The position numbers and the translations under genes were made by a program. DNA of 64,000 nt. Source: Azolla caroliniana (taxonomy: Eukaryota; Plantae; Polypodiophyta). The notes beneath the pieces were generated by a model. It worked only from the letters and a program-made list of their open reading frames with translations. It was not told where the DNA came from and ran no database searches. Positions within the stretch are counted from its first letter, which is position 1. Every line of letters begins with the position of its first letter. Positions 1 to 11,468 of the stretch are shown here, one piece after another. Location: assembly GCA_043228905.1 (NCBI GenBank), contig JBHGNT010000001.1:35526001-35590000 (forward strand). The letters are read 5' to 3'.

Positions 1-202
1 GCCAATACGTTTTAGAAGGCATGGAATATACTACGATTGGCAAAAAAGTCCATTCAAGAAGCAAAAAGATACCAGATATCAAAATACGTATTGAAAATGA
101 ATTCTTTCCGATACAATCGTACGTAGCACGAAGATGCCACAATTAGGGTGAATATCAAGACATGAGGTAAAAAAAAACAAGAGGACAGATAGAGAATCTT
201 AC

Positions 203-315
203 CAGATGTCTTCAGGGAGGCCATACTTGATAAGATCTTCGTTTTCGTGCTTGTCAAGACCCATGTAGATTATGAAGTCTCCTGCTTCAGGTCTGGCCTT
301 GAAGTCGAACACCAT
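203..315 (-). CDS. CCDC25: Exon 1 of a CCDC25/Jlp2-like (NFACT-R/DUF814) protein; the gene continues off the left edge of the window
   Basis: Manual translation from the minus-strand ATG at 315 gives [38 protein letters not shown], matching the conserved N-terminus of plant CCDC25 (MVFYFKARP..GDY.I.MGLDK.ENE.LIKYG.PEDIW). A GTAAG donor follows at 202. It is absent from the ORF track. Confidence 0.9.
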
Positions 316-599
316 CGCTGCAGCAGAGGAAGAGGAAGTAGAGACCACAATTTCTTTTCTCTTTCTTCTATTCTTTCTTCTCTTCTTCCCTTCCCTTCTC
401 TTCTCTTCAATATTTACAAATTTATCAAAATGCCCATATCTACGTCCTATAAAATCATTTGTTTATCTTGTAGTTGCTAGTGGGAAACCACCACGCCGGG
501 TAGAAATCTACCAAGTATCGACTAGACACATAAGTTCTTAGAAACACGCAACGCAAAGAATGTATGTTTTTAAGTGATGCAGTTACAACCCCTAAGTTG

Positions 600-2720
600 T
601 AGACAATCGAATAGAGATTATCCAATGGATTGTTTGAAGACGCTAAATTCCTTTAGTTGATCTTAGCCAAAGATCTTACAATTATGGACTTGACTACCAA
701 ACCATCTCCTCACCCTATTCAAGAAACCCAACAGGTTGCTCCATGAACAACTTCTCCTCGTGGTCACCGTAAAGAAACACAACTTTCACATCCATTTGCT
801 CAAAACTCTATGTCCTCATTGGCCATGATTGCAAGCACGCCTAGAATGACTTCATTTTCACAGTTGGGATAATATTTTGTAAAATTTGATCCGTAAAGAA
901 ACACAACTTTCACATCCATTTGCTCAAAACTCTATGTCCTCATTGGCCATGATTGCAAGCACGCCTAGAATGACTTCATTTTCACAGTTGGGATAATATT
1001 TTGTAAAATTTGATCCTGTACCTTTGCTTGAATTTTTTTGGCGACGAGTGAGCTTTATACATCAAGGCTAGGATGTTTGGAGAAAAAAAATGGCTATAAA
1101 TCAACGGTAATTTACAAATAAGTTATTGTATGTAGATAACGAGAATAATAATTCATGGAAAAGGGGGAACAATAATGTAAATAATAACATCTCCTAGCAT
1201 TTTAAATCTTGCAATTTGAGCATATTGCAAAAGTACTCATTCTTGTAGGCTAATGATGGATCCCTTAAGCAAACAACATTGATGTTAAGGTAGCCAACAA
1301 TGGCATTTTTTGACCCACCTAAACTATACAAAGAGGAGATTGGTGTCATTTCTAGGGGCCAATGACTTTACTTGAACCTAAAGGTAGGCAAGGAGCTCCT
1401 TGATTGATCTAATGTAAACATATGGTTTCGAAGGCGTACATGCCCCCGTCGTCCATTCTTAATCACACATAGGCTACCTCTCAATCTTCTTCTTCCTACT
1501 CGTACATAGTTGGGAATCGCTAGTGTTCATGTTATCCCCTCTATATCCATGTGTAATTGATTTCTAGCTTTCTAAGAAAGATTAAGGTTTCTTGTTGTGT
1601 GTGTGTGTGTGTGTGCTCTAAACCTTTTGTACCCACTGAGTTTATAACCTTGAAATAAATCTTAACTCGATGTTTTTGTAATTCCTAGAACTCTTAGAGG
1701 AAGTTTGTGCGTGTGCATTCTTTCTAAGGTATCAAATTATTTATTGGGTTTAATTTTTGGGATACAAATGTTTTAACTACAAAGCCATTTTGTAGTGCTT
1801 CTTCCTTTATAATATATTGCCTCGTTTTCACCATCTTGTCAAATAACATAAAAAGCCATGCATTCTTGTCATTTTTCCTTGATGGACCCACAACTTCGTG
1901 ACAATTGTTTGCATGTTTGTCCAAGTCTAGATTCAAGGGTTACAAGAGACAAGCTTACATTGGTTTGGTTAATACCTAATCCATAATTTTCGATGTAGGT
2001 CAATGGATATTTATAATGTATTATATCATGTGTGATTAGCAGTGAGTATGTCTCACAATATGATTCTACCCCCATGATGTGGCTAACCTCCGTTTTGGGC
2101 AGTGTTTACAAGTTGGGCACTATAATAATTATCTTACTAGTGCATTGAGCTAATGCCAAATAGATTGTAAATGTCAATGGCACTTGTCACCAAAATCCGC
2201 AAGGAGATAATGTCCAATGTCTATCAATGACACATGGTTTTCATTCATAATTAACTGATTCATATGTTATGATTGTTATGTTGACCATCTCCTTCATGAT
2301 GTGGAGCTTCACTTCCATGGATAACTTTAGATTTGGTTTATTATGTTTCTTTTGAGTCCACAACAATTTGGGGACTACTCCCTTTGTCATCACTAGGGAT
2401 CTATCATAACCAACTAGTCCACTCGTTCACATCCTTGGGGATTTGTTCGACCAGCCATCGCATGATGACTTAACCACAATCCTCGATACAAACTCGGTTG
2501 ATTGGTGCGTTTCACTCTTGATCTTCAACTTGACATACTCCTACTTGAAGTAAAAAGTCCATTTCATTCACTCATCCATATGGAACATGTAACCATGCAT
2601 TTGTTTGCTCGTGTCATTGCTCTTGATCACACTATCAACAATGGTAGATCCTGAAGCCAATCCTCAAACTTACCATTGGATCCATACCTTAGTAAAATGT
2701 CTTTCCTTGACTTCACATCA
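600..2720. mobile_element. Possible highly degenerate LTR-retrotransposon remnants
   Basis: Short broken frames resemble Ty3/gypsy pol (LTTKPSPHPIQ near 690 on +; VVGP...LFMLFDK...VVKTF, integrase-like, at 1724-1936 on -). No intact domain or LTR is visible. Confidence 0.3.
767..1016. repeat. Perfect tandem duplication, 124-bp unit x2
   Basis: ccgtaaagaaacacaactttcacatcc...gtaaaatttgat starts at 767 and again at 891. Confidence 0.95.
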
Positions 2721-2970
2721 AACTTTTGTGAAGTCATACCTCTTAGGCATACGTGCGTGCAATGCAATCGTACGATAATACATGGACCATGGAGGCGAGG
2801 TTGTGTGATGAACTGAATGAATGAATGAATGAATGAATTTGTTTGTTCATGGGGAGTAGTATTGTTATTAAACACACTTCTCCCTCGTCTCTCAGACTCT
2901 TAATTGTTAAACTCAGACTATTAATTACTAAACTGCATCTCTGCTACACAGCGAACGACACAGAAACCAA

Positions 2971-5900
2971 ATGGGGTTCAAAGAAGACGCTCGAGAGACC
3001 CGCGTCAAGAAGAAGGTCGAGGAAGGTAAGCGACGATCGTCCTCTCTGTCTCTCCCTGTCCATCTTGTGTCCTTTGAAAATTTCCATATGAGAAGTGCGT
3101 ATTTCTTAGCCCTTCGCAGCAAGATGAAAGCCAAAGCTTTGAGAGAGTGCGATGCCATGGCGTCTAAATACGCAGAGTGTGCCTCTGGGAGAACCTTCTC
3201 CGTCGTCTGGAAATGTCGACCTCAATTTAAGCTTCTCAATGAATGCCTCCACCAATAGTAAGCTTTCTTCTTCCTTCCTTGCCTCCACCATTCATATCTT
3301 ACTCCTCCTCCGTACAGATAGATTTCTTTGTGTTGTTCTGTTATATTATAAGGGAAATGTACGATTTTGTTGTTTTCTCATCTGTTAGATTCTTTGAGGA
3401 CATATCGACCTTCATCAGTTATGCATTTTTTTCTCTGTATAGCACAAATCAATATGCTAGAACTTTAGTAATCTAGCAAGAGAATGCTCACGAACATATG
3501 GTTCGGTTCTAAGTGCTCTATGAGTAGAGTTTCTGAATCTTTATACCGTTACGTTGTTCACAATAATTTCATTACTTGATGGCGAGCATATTTGTGATTC
3601 ATGATCCTTTTCTTCTTTGGATTTCCAAGTGAAAGTAAAGGTGATGATTGAATTAATACATCACTCACATCATTCATGATACATGAATTTGTTTATTCAG
3701 CACCAATTAGCCCCTTGGCCTTATGAGATTTTGAGGTTAAGGAAGTGCGAGAAGGTAGTGTGTGCAAGATTGAATTGAACTGGCTGGAACCTCAACATGA
3801 CCATCTCGAGTCTTATAGTCATGTATTCCAGAGTCCAACATTAGAGTGTTTTGAACATGTTCAGGTCACCAGGACATGCTATTTTTGTTCAGTTGTCCTA
3901 CTTATACGGACTTAAAAGTTAGAAGTGTTGGTAAATGAGATGGCTAAATTTTTTAGAGGAGGTGCTTTTGGGCAGTGGGCACCAAACAAAACTCTCTTTG
4001 GATGACAATTAGAAACTAAGTTTTGGAGAGGGAAACATCCGGTTAGAGAGCAGAATTATGAAGGAATCATTGCAGATCCTTTTCGTTAGCATGCTCAAGT
4101 GAGAATATGTTGGAAGCTCTATATATGATTTTTAATGCTGAAACAAGCGTAAACTGTTAGCTGGTTTCCAGGTGCTGGGCTATAGACATATAGTATTATC
4201 TTCTATGACTTTATCAATAAAAGAAATGCTGAAAAGGGCACCAAGCTTTGGGGCCAATCACGTAATGATTAGGGTTCCTTTCCTCTTTGGATTTCCAAGT
4301 CAGATTCAAGGTAATGATTGAAGTGATGCATACTCCATTCATGATATGCTCATTTGTTTATCATTAAGCACCAATTAGCCCCTTTGCCTTATGAGATTTT
4401 GAGGTCAAGGAAGTGCGAGAAGGTTGTGGGTGCAAGATAGAAATGGATGGTTGGAACCTCAACATGACCATCTCAAGTCTTGTAGTTATGTACTCCAACA
4501 TTGGATAGTTTCCAACAGATATCCTTGAAGCTTGTTTAGAATACAAATTTAAGTTTTGAGAGGATTTAGCTGTTTGTTTAAGTTTTAATAGCATACTGTC
4601 AATGCTTTTTAAGAATTTAATGATGTTGCCTCAGTTTCTTTGTTTGTTCATTTGGTTTTGTACCTTTACAAGATTATTCTATGAAAGCTGCATCTTGATT
4701 CCCATTAAACAAATTCTATGTAGCAAGCTTAGCTTTTTTAATTTCTCTCTTAATTTCCCAGAAAATGATCTCAGAGGAATGCTGATTTGGCATCTTCCTG
4801 TACACCCCATGGGTTCCCTGAGTGACCTTAGACTGAAAGAACACACATTTTGAGATCCAGACTGTGCGCACTTCTTGATTCTTTTCAGAGTAAAATGCAT
4901 ATTATGAGATTAATGAGTGTTTTCTTTTTTGTCTCTTCAGAGTATAGTAGCCCATAGTTTCTGCAGATGAAGAAATAGAAATGCATAAGAAATGGTTTGC
5001 ATTATTGAACAAACACCTCCAGGGGTTGGCGGTATTTATGGGGGTATCCACATGGCGGGGGCTATATAGTGCCAAACCTTGTTTTGTATTAACTAAGGTA
5101 GAGTGGTAAACTAAGCTAGCAGTAAGCCTCTCATGAATTGCTATTTTAAAAGACCAAGCTTAACTTCTACTAATGCTATTTAATTTGAAATTATGCAACC
5201 TTCTGATCTCTTCACCCTTATGAATACTTGCGGAAAAATTGAACGCAAATTTGTGTCTTCTAAGAAGTGCTATCACATTGGTATGCTTCTAAATTGAGGG
5301 GTGGATAAGAGGTTAGCTAAAAATCCTATCAGTGATCTGTCATTTGAAAGATCTCAATGAGGAAGTTTGTGAAGTACTAAAATGCTGTGGTGAAAGCAAA
5401 GGCATATTCTCTATAAATCAACTCCAGAAGTTTACAATGGAAGTCGCTTTGCTGTTGACTAAAAGAGAGTCGATTTTGGATTGTCCAAATCTGTAAAAAT
5501 GGTCTAAACTTGAGTTCAGCTGTCACGCTGAAATGAGCTGACGCAAAACTGCCATTTGCCCAACAATGAGGTAACGTTTCTTCTTAATGATCACTTTCTT
5601 CTAATCTCCACTTTCAGGCTTTGTCTAGATGCATTTGTCTGTAGCCCTTCCTCACATAAACTGTATAATGCAAAGATCACCTCTAGCATGTGCGATGCTT
5701 GATTTCCAGGTCATGATCCTTGATATCAATATCACTCTCTAGTGCTTCTCATTCTCTCTTTCTATGCCCTTCAACATCTTTTTTGGTCTCACGAATTAAG
5801 GAAGAAAATTGATGTAACTTCTTATACGAACATTAAAAATCTCCCATAACGTCAAATTGAAAGCTCTATCCAATAACCAAGATGGTAATGTGATATCCAT

Positions 5901-7589
5901 ATGGTTCAGTTTCAAGGGACATTCCTTGTCATTTGCGAATATCTAGCATTGTGGGAAATAAAGCAATGGATTAGTTATCTGCCAAGACTGAGCAATGTTT
6001 TACGAGCTCTGCAATTTGAAGCAAATGGATATGTTTGAAACTATCATAAAGGTCTACTGCAGGGCAGTTCCTGAGTCCTCACATGATCACTAAACATTAA
6101 CACTTCTGTCAATGCTTGACAAAACCCATTCGTCCAATATGGTTGTTTGAATTGCATCTTCATAGAACACGTCATTGAAACTAGAATGCTTGGGAAGCAC
6201 GATTCCAAGCTACACTGGAAGGCTTTTGAAGGACAATTTAAGGAAGATATTATGTGTGTTACGCGGATGACTCATTGCCAGGAAGAACGAATAACAGAGA
6301 CATGAAGATTTCTGGTGTATTTTAAGGCTTGACCTCCCAACCATTGGACATGCCTTTATATACTAGTCCCCCTTTACAAGGGCTAGCATGCATGTCCACT
6401 TCCTTCACCAGAAAACGTTATTGCTGTATGACTAAAACCACACCCAAGGACATCTTGAACTGTTCTTATGACAACTACAGTTGTAACAACTGAATTTAAG
6501 GGATTGTTCAAATTTGAATTGGTACCTTCCACCCTTCCTTTACATTTTCTTGATGACATTGTTAGCAATAATCTGGTTAGCTGTGTTCTGAAGGTCAGGA
6601 AAAAAACAATGTTTGTCACTTCCACTAAATGATGATTAGTGGTCTGCACTTCGATGTGTTTTGAGGTTTGGCCTTCATAATGCTTGTTTTATAATGTATT
6701 GAATAACAAAGGTACTTTGGAGCCCTGTCTATTTAATAAACATATATACATGTGTGCGGGCGTGTGTATTGAGTTGAGATGAACATACCTAATGTACTGA
6801 GGACACTGGGGGAAAGGGGAAATATCTATAATTAAAAACTGATCAAAACATTGTAAAAGTGTTATTGATTATTGAGCACACAGACAAAACACACGTTTCC
6901 TAATATGATACAAAAGGGCTGTGTATGGAAATCATTAACTTTGCTTGGGCAACACTACTATACAATAGAATGTAATGCCTGTACATGAATCTACACTGAT
7001 CAACAATGGTGGCAAATTTGGTTGATACTCTAGCTCAACTGAATTTTCATGCATGTGAAGTGCACACACCAGTAACTATAGAAATGAGTCAGATGGGAGA
7101 AATGAGATGCCGAAAGGATAAAAACTTACATGCGTATATGCTTTATATGGCTTATACATTCATTAGTGTTACATGAGCTCTTCAAGACAACATGAAATGA
7201 ACTGTATGGAGTCATGTAGATGCTGTACATATCTACTCTGACGAGTCTCTCTTTCTATACAAGTCTTTCTCATATCACATTTTTTGTAGTCCTGTGATAA
7301 AGTTAGCTCATTGTTTAAGCTGATGTGCCATTTCTTTTAGTCATGAACATTTGCTTGGAGAATTGCATTGTTCTTAACTTTTTAAAGTCACCAGATAAAT
7401 ACCTCCCAATTCCTTTGTAAAGGCAGTTTCACAACCTATGGACTATTCTTAAGTATCACTTGCTTGTATTGTGTGTTGTTGATGAACTCTTGCTAATTCT
7501 AATTGCGTATATGCAGTACAAATGATGATGTTCTAGAGGAATACAAGAAGATATATGCGGTTGAGGATGAAGCTAAGCAAAAGCTTTGA
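2971..7589 (+). CDS. CMC1: COX assembly mitochondrial protein, CMC1-like twin Cx9C protein (~91 aa, 3 exons: 2971-3025, 3110-3257, 7517-7589)
   Basis: Spliced translation is MGFKEDARETRVKKKVEEALRSKMKAKALRECDAMASKYAECASGRTFSVVWKCRPQFKLLNECLHQYTNDDVLEEYKKIYAVEDEAKQKL*. It has two Cx9C motifs, and the GT-AG introns keep frame. Confidence 0.9.
3605..4505. repeat. Two diverged direct copies of a ~230-bp element (about 3605-3838 and 4276-4505) in CMC1 intron 2
   Basis: Shared blocks: ctttggatttccaagt, agcaccaattagcccctt, ccttatgagattttgaggt.aaggaagtgcgagaagg and tggaacctcaacatgaccatctc. Confidence 0.9.
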
Positions 7590-8271
7590 ATAGGTCTTAT
7601 GTCTATTTAAAGGTGAAACAAATTCGGTATCACAAACTCTCTTATGAGGATGAAGCCCTTTCTTGAATATAGAGCACTCATTTGCACACACACTAAATGA
7701 GTATATTGTTGGTTTTTTCTGTTTCTGTGGATAGTTCTCTAACGTTTGTTAGTATTGGAATGTAAGCCAGGTGCAGTGATGTGATTTAAATGTCTCTCTC
7801 CTGCAATAATGCATATCAAGCATTCCTTATATTTCAAACAAGCTAATTTATGAAACCAAATAGATTCAAATTCTTACATAATACATCATGATTTATAATG
7901 ATATTGGTCTAATTGAAAACTTTTGAAGCATTAGTATTTCCTAGTAATTTCAATAAAATTTTGAATAGATGAAACTTCCTCCTTTCCACCTCAAAACAAA
8001 TTATTTTCAAGTAAACTTATGTGTGGTATGCACATAGAATCTCACCATTTTAAATGACAAACATATGGTGAGGCAAATGCAAGGCAAAGTCTAAGTGTAT
8101 ATCATTGGTGAGTTCTTGATGGTAGTGTTAGAAAACCAACTTTAATCTTGGTAATACATGAAATTACAGTGTCATATTACAACATCAAGAGAACTTTGAG
8201 TATTAATATAAACTATTGCGAGGTGCATAGAAGAGAAGAATCTGATGAAGTTAATGCCAACATGGTGTTGG

Positions 8272-8450
8272 TAGAGGGAAGTTATTAGTGCTACGTTCAT
8301 GCATAATGTCCATACCTAGGTTAGCACGGTTTATGATATCAACAAAGGTGTTAATAGCATGACCTTGGCTTTCAACCACAATTGGTTGGAAGTTAAAACC
8401 ATTCAAGTTGAATGCTATGGTGCTGATGCCCAAAGTGGTGAACCAGATGG
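8272..8450 (-). pseudogene. psbA: Nuclear plastid DNA insertion (NUPT): degenerate 3' fragment of psbA (D1)
   Basis: [20 protein letters not shown]...[36 protein letters not shown] aligns to D1 [59 protein letters not shown], with many substitutions and a compensating indel pair. Confidence 0.93.
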
Positions 8451-9161
8451 ATGTATAGTGATCACCTTTGTTGTTTGTGGATCTCCTTACAATAATAGAA
8501 TTCACATCAAATTAACTGATTGCACATCACCAATATCAACTTAAACTTACACTTCCATGATATCACATTTGTAAACCACAAGCTTTTCCCTTGCCCCATG
8601 ATATTTATGTTTCTATGTAAATTTGAGAACTCTAGGATAATGACATTAGGTTGGGTTAACAAGGCAATATTGAAGTATCATTTGAGTATTCACGTGGCAA
8701 TATCATTTAGGTCATGAAAAAATAAAGAGTGGTAATTGTACCTCTCAAGAGTATTGAAAATATCAAAGATCGTCACACCATAAATTTTTGCCAACCAAAA
8801 GTTGTCAATGAAAAATAGATCGAATCTTTGCCGTTTTAATCTAGTATGAGTTGTATAGTTTTATACTTGTATATTTACTACCGAAACCACCCTTGCAAAC
8901 CACAAATTTGGTACAATGTAGGAAGGCAACACTTTCTACATATTCTATGAGATATCTCCATTTGTTGGATATGTAGCGATATCTGATGTGCATGACTCAA
9001 AGGAATGCCTTGTCTCTCTCTCTCTCTCTATCTCTCTCTCTCAATTGAGAGAAACCAAGTTTGATCCACACCATGGGCCATGCCCCGTGTCATAGATCGC
9101 AATTGGTCTCCCGTGGGCGTTAAAAAGAAGAGGGTGGTGTCTATGATGTTAATAGTGAGTG

Positions 9162-11468
9162 ATGGAGAATAAGAGCAGCAAGAGAATGAATAGTCTGCTG
9201 GCCTCATTCAAGGCCTGCGCTAAGCAGGGGGACATCCATGCAGGCAACAGAGCCCACCGTCAACTACTACTACTTTTACTGCTACATGATGGCGCAGCAG
9301 CAGCAGCACCTGATCAGGACACCCTCTGCTACCTCGGGAACAGCCTTGTCTCCTTCTACGCCAAGCTTGGAGCATTTGAGAAAGCCCAGGACGTGATGGA
9401 GTGCCTCCAACGTGATGTTGTGACGTGGAACGCACTGATGTCCGGGTATGCCCAGCATGGTTGCTACAGCGCGGAGGTACTCAGATGCTTGCAGGTTCTG
9501 CAGAGCGAAGGCCACTTCCCCAATCAGGTCACCTTTGTGTGTGTCCTCAAAGCCTGTGGCAGCCTCTGTGCAATCGAGAAGGGAATGCAGTTTCACAGAG
9601 AGATCACAATCAGAGACTCTATGGATGCGTACGTCGGAACGACATTGGTCGACATGTATGCTAAATGTGGTGCAATGGCAGAAGCACAAAGTGTCTTTGA
9701 CCAACTTGAAGTTCGGAATGTCGTCTCATGGACGGCGCTCATTGCAGGACTCGTAGAACAAAATGTGGGTGATAAAGCACTGATCTGCTTTGAAAAGATG
9801 CAGAGGGAGGGTTTGTACCCAAATGCAGTCACCTTTGTTTGTGTGCTGAAAGCCTGTGGCAGTATAGGAGCATCTGCCAAAGGCAAAGAAATACATGATG
9901 AGATTCTTAGGCAGCCCTTGCATCTTAAAGACATTTTGATTGGCACTGCTTTGGTAGACATGTATGGTAAATGTGGGGCAGATACACATGCTCAGAAAGT
10001 TTTTGATGAGTTACCAAACCGAAATGTTGTATGTTGGAATGCATTGATTACAGGGTATTCACAACATGGGCGGAGTGAAAAAGCACTGAAATATTTCGAA
10101 CAGATGCAATGTGAGGGTGTTTCTCCTAATGTGTACACCTTTGCGTGCATTTTGAAAGCTTGTGGGGGCATTGGAGCAATAGTAAAAGGGAAATCCATAC
10201 ATGCTGATATTGTGATTGCAGATTTGGCAGGGAAAGATGTCTTAATTGACAGTGCTTTAGTGGATGTGTATGCCAAATGTGGTGAACTTCTTCAAGCAAG
10301 AGAAGTTTTTGACCGATTTCCTGCTCGGAATATTTTGGGTTGGAGTTCACTAATTGCAGGATATAGTGAACATGGGAGTGATGAGGAAGCATTCAAATGT
10401 TTTGAAAGGATGCAATGTGAAGGTCTCTGTGCTGATGCCATCTCCTTTCTCTGTGTCTTGAAAGCCTGTAGCAGCAGCTTAAGAGGAGCTCAGAAAGGCA
10501 AACAAATACATGCTAGAATACTTAGAACAGGATTATTAGGTAAAGATATTTTCCTCGGAAATGCATTGATAGACATGTATGCCAAATGTGGGATTATGGC
10601 AATTGCACATGAAGTGTTTGATCATCTTGTCATCCAGAATATTGTCTCATGGACGACTCTGATCGGAGGGTATGCACAACACGAGCTCAACGAAGAAGCT
10701 CTCAACTGTTTTGAGGGAATGCAACGAGCCGGCTTTGCTCCAAACGAGGTCACCTTTCTTACCATCCTAAAAGTTTGTGGCAGTATAGGGGCAACAGACA
10801 ACGGAAGGGAAATACATGCAGATATTGTTGGAAAGGGGTTATTAGAGACACATGTTTCCATTGGTAATGCTCTCGTTGACATGTATGGTAAATGTGGTAC
10901 ACCCACAAAAGCAGAAGAAGTGTTCAAGCAGCTTCCATCGCAGGATCTAGCCTCATGGAATGCACTGATTGCAGCATATGCCCAGGTTGGAGAGGATAAT
11001 GTTGCTGCTGGATTATTTTGCAAGATGGTAGAATTTATACAGCCAGATATTATTACATTCACTATTTTGCTGAATGCATGCAGTCATTCGGGTCTTCTAG
11101 ACAAAGCTCAACATTTCTTCTGGAGTATGAAATATTTCGGTATTATTGCAACTTTAGAGCATTACACGTGTATGGTTGACCTATTTGGCCGCGCAGGCCT
11201 TGTTGAGAAGGCAGTAACCTTGATTAACAACATTCCTATCTTTGATCATCTACCTATGTGGATTTCTCTACTGGGTGCTTGTCAGAAGTGGGGGAACGTC
11301 CGCCTTGGAAGACTTGCCTTTGAGCATGCAATGCATTTAGACGAAGGACATTCTGCGCCATATGTGTACATGAGTAATATTGAAGCAGTTGCTCCATTGC
11401 AAGAGGTGATGGAGGAGTTTGAATCTGTGATTGTGGAAAATGGAGGAACAATCCAGATCATATTATGA
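9162..11468 (+). CDS. PLS-class pentatricopeptide repeat protein with E-type C-terminus, no DYW domain (~768 aa, intronless CDS)
   Basis: Repeated P-L-S triplets (VSWTALIAG / PNAVTFVCVLKACG / GNALIDMYAKCG), the LLNACSHSGL and HYTCMVDLFGRAG motifs, and an E motif WISLLGACQKWG...YVYMSNI. ATG is at 9162; the track starts at the upstream GTG 9159. Confidence 0.95.
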   Translation: MENKSSKRMNSLLASFKACAKQGDIHAGNRAHRQLLLLLLLHDGAAAAAPDQDTLCYLGNSLVSFYAKLGAFEKAQDVMECLQRDVVTWNALMSGYAQHGCYSAEVLRCLQVLQSEGHFPNQVTFVCVLKACGSLCAIEKGMQFHREITIRDSMDAYVGTTLVDMYAKCGAMAEAQSVFDQLEVRNVVSWTALIAGLVEQNVGDKALICFEKMQREGLYPNAVTFVCVLKACGSIGASAKGKEIHDEILRQPLHLKDILIGTALVDMYGKCGADTHAQKVFDELPNRNVVCWNALITGYSQHGRSEKALKYFEQMQCEGVSPNVYTFACILKACGGIGAIVKGKSIHADIVIADLAGKDVLIDSALVDVYAKCGELLQAREVFDRFPARNILGWSSLIAGYSEHGSDEEAFKCFERMQCEGLCADAISFLCVLKACSSSLRGAQKGKQIHARILRTGLLGKDIFLGNALIDMYAKCGIMAIAHEVFDHLVIQNIVSWTTLIGGYAQHELNEEALNCFEGMQRAGFAPNEVTFLTILKVCGSIGATDNGREIHADIVGKGLLETHVSIGNALVDMYGKCGTPTKAEEVFKQLPSQDLASWNALIAAYAQVGEDNVAAGLFCKMVEFIQPDIITFTILLNACSHSGLLDKAQHFFWSMKYFGIIATLEHYTCMVDLFGRAGLVEKAVTLINNIPIFDHLPMWISLLGACQKWGNVRLGRLAFEHAMHLDEGHSAPYVYMSNIEAVAPLQEVMEEFESVIVENGGTIQIIL

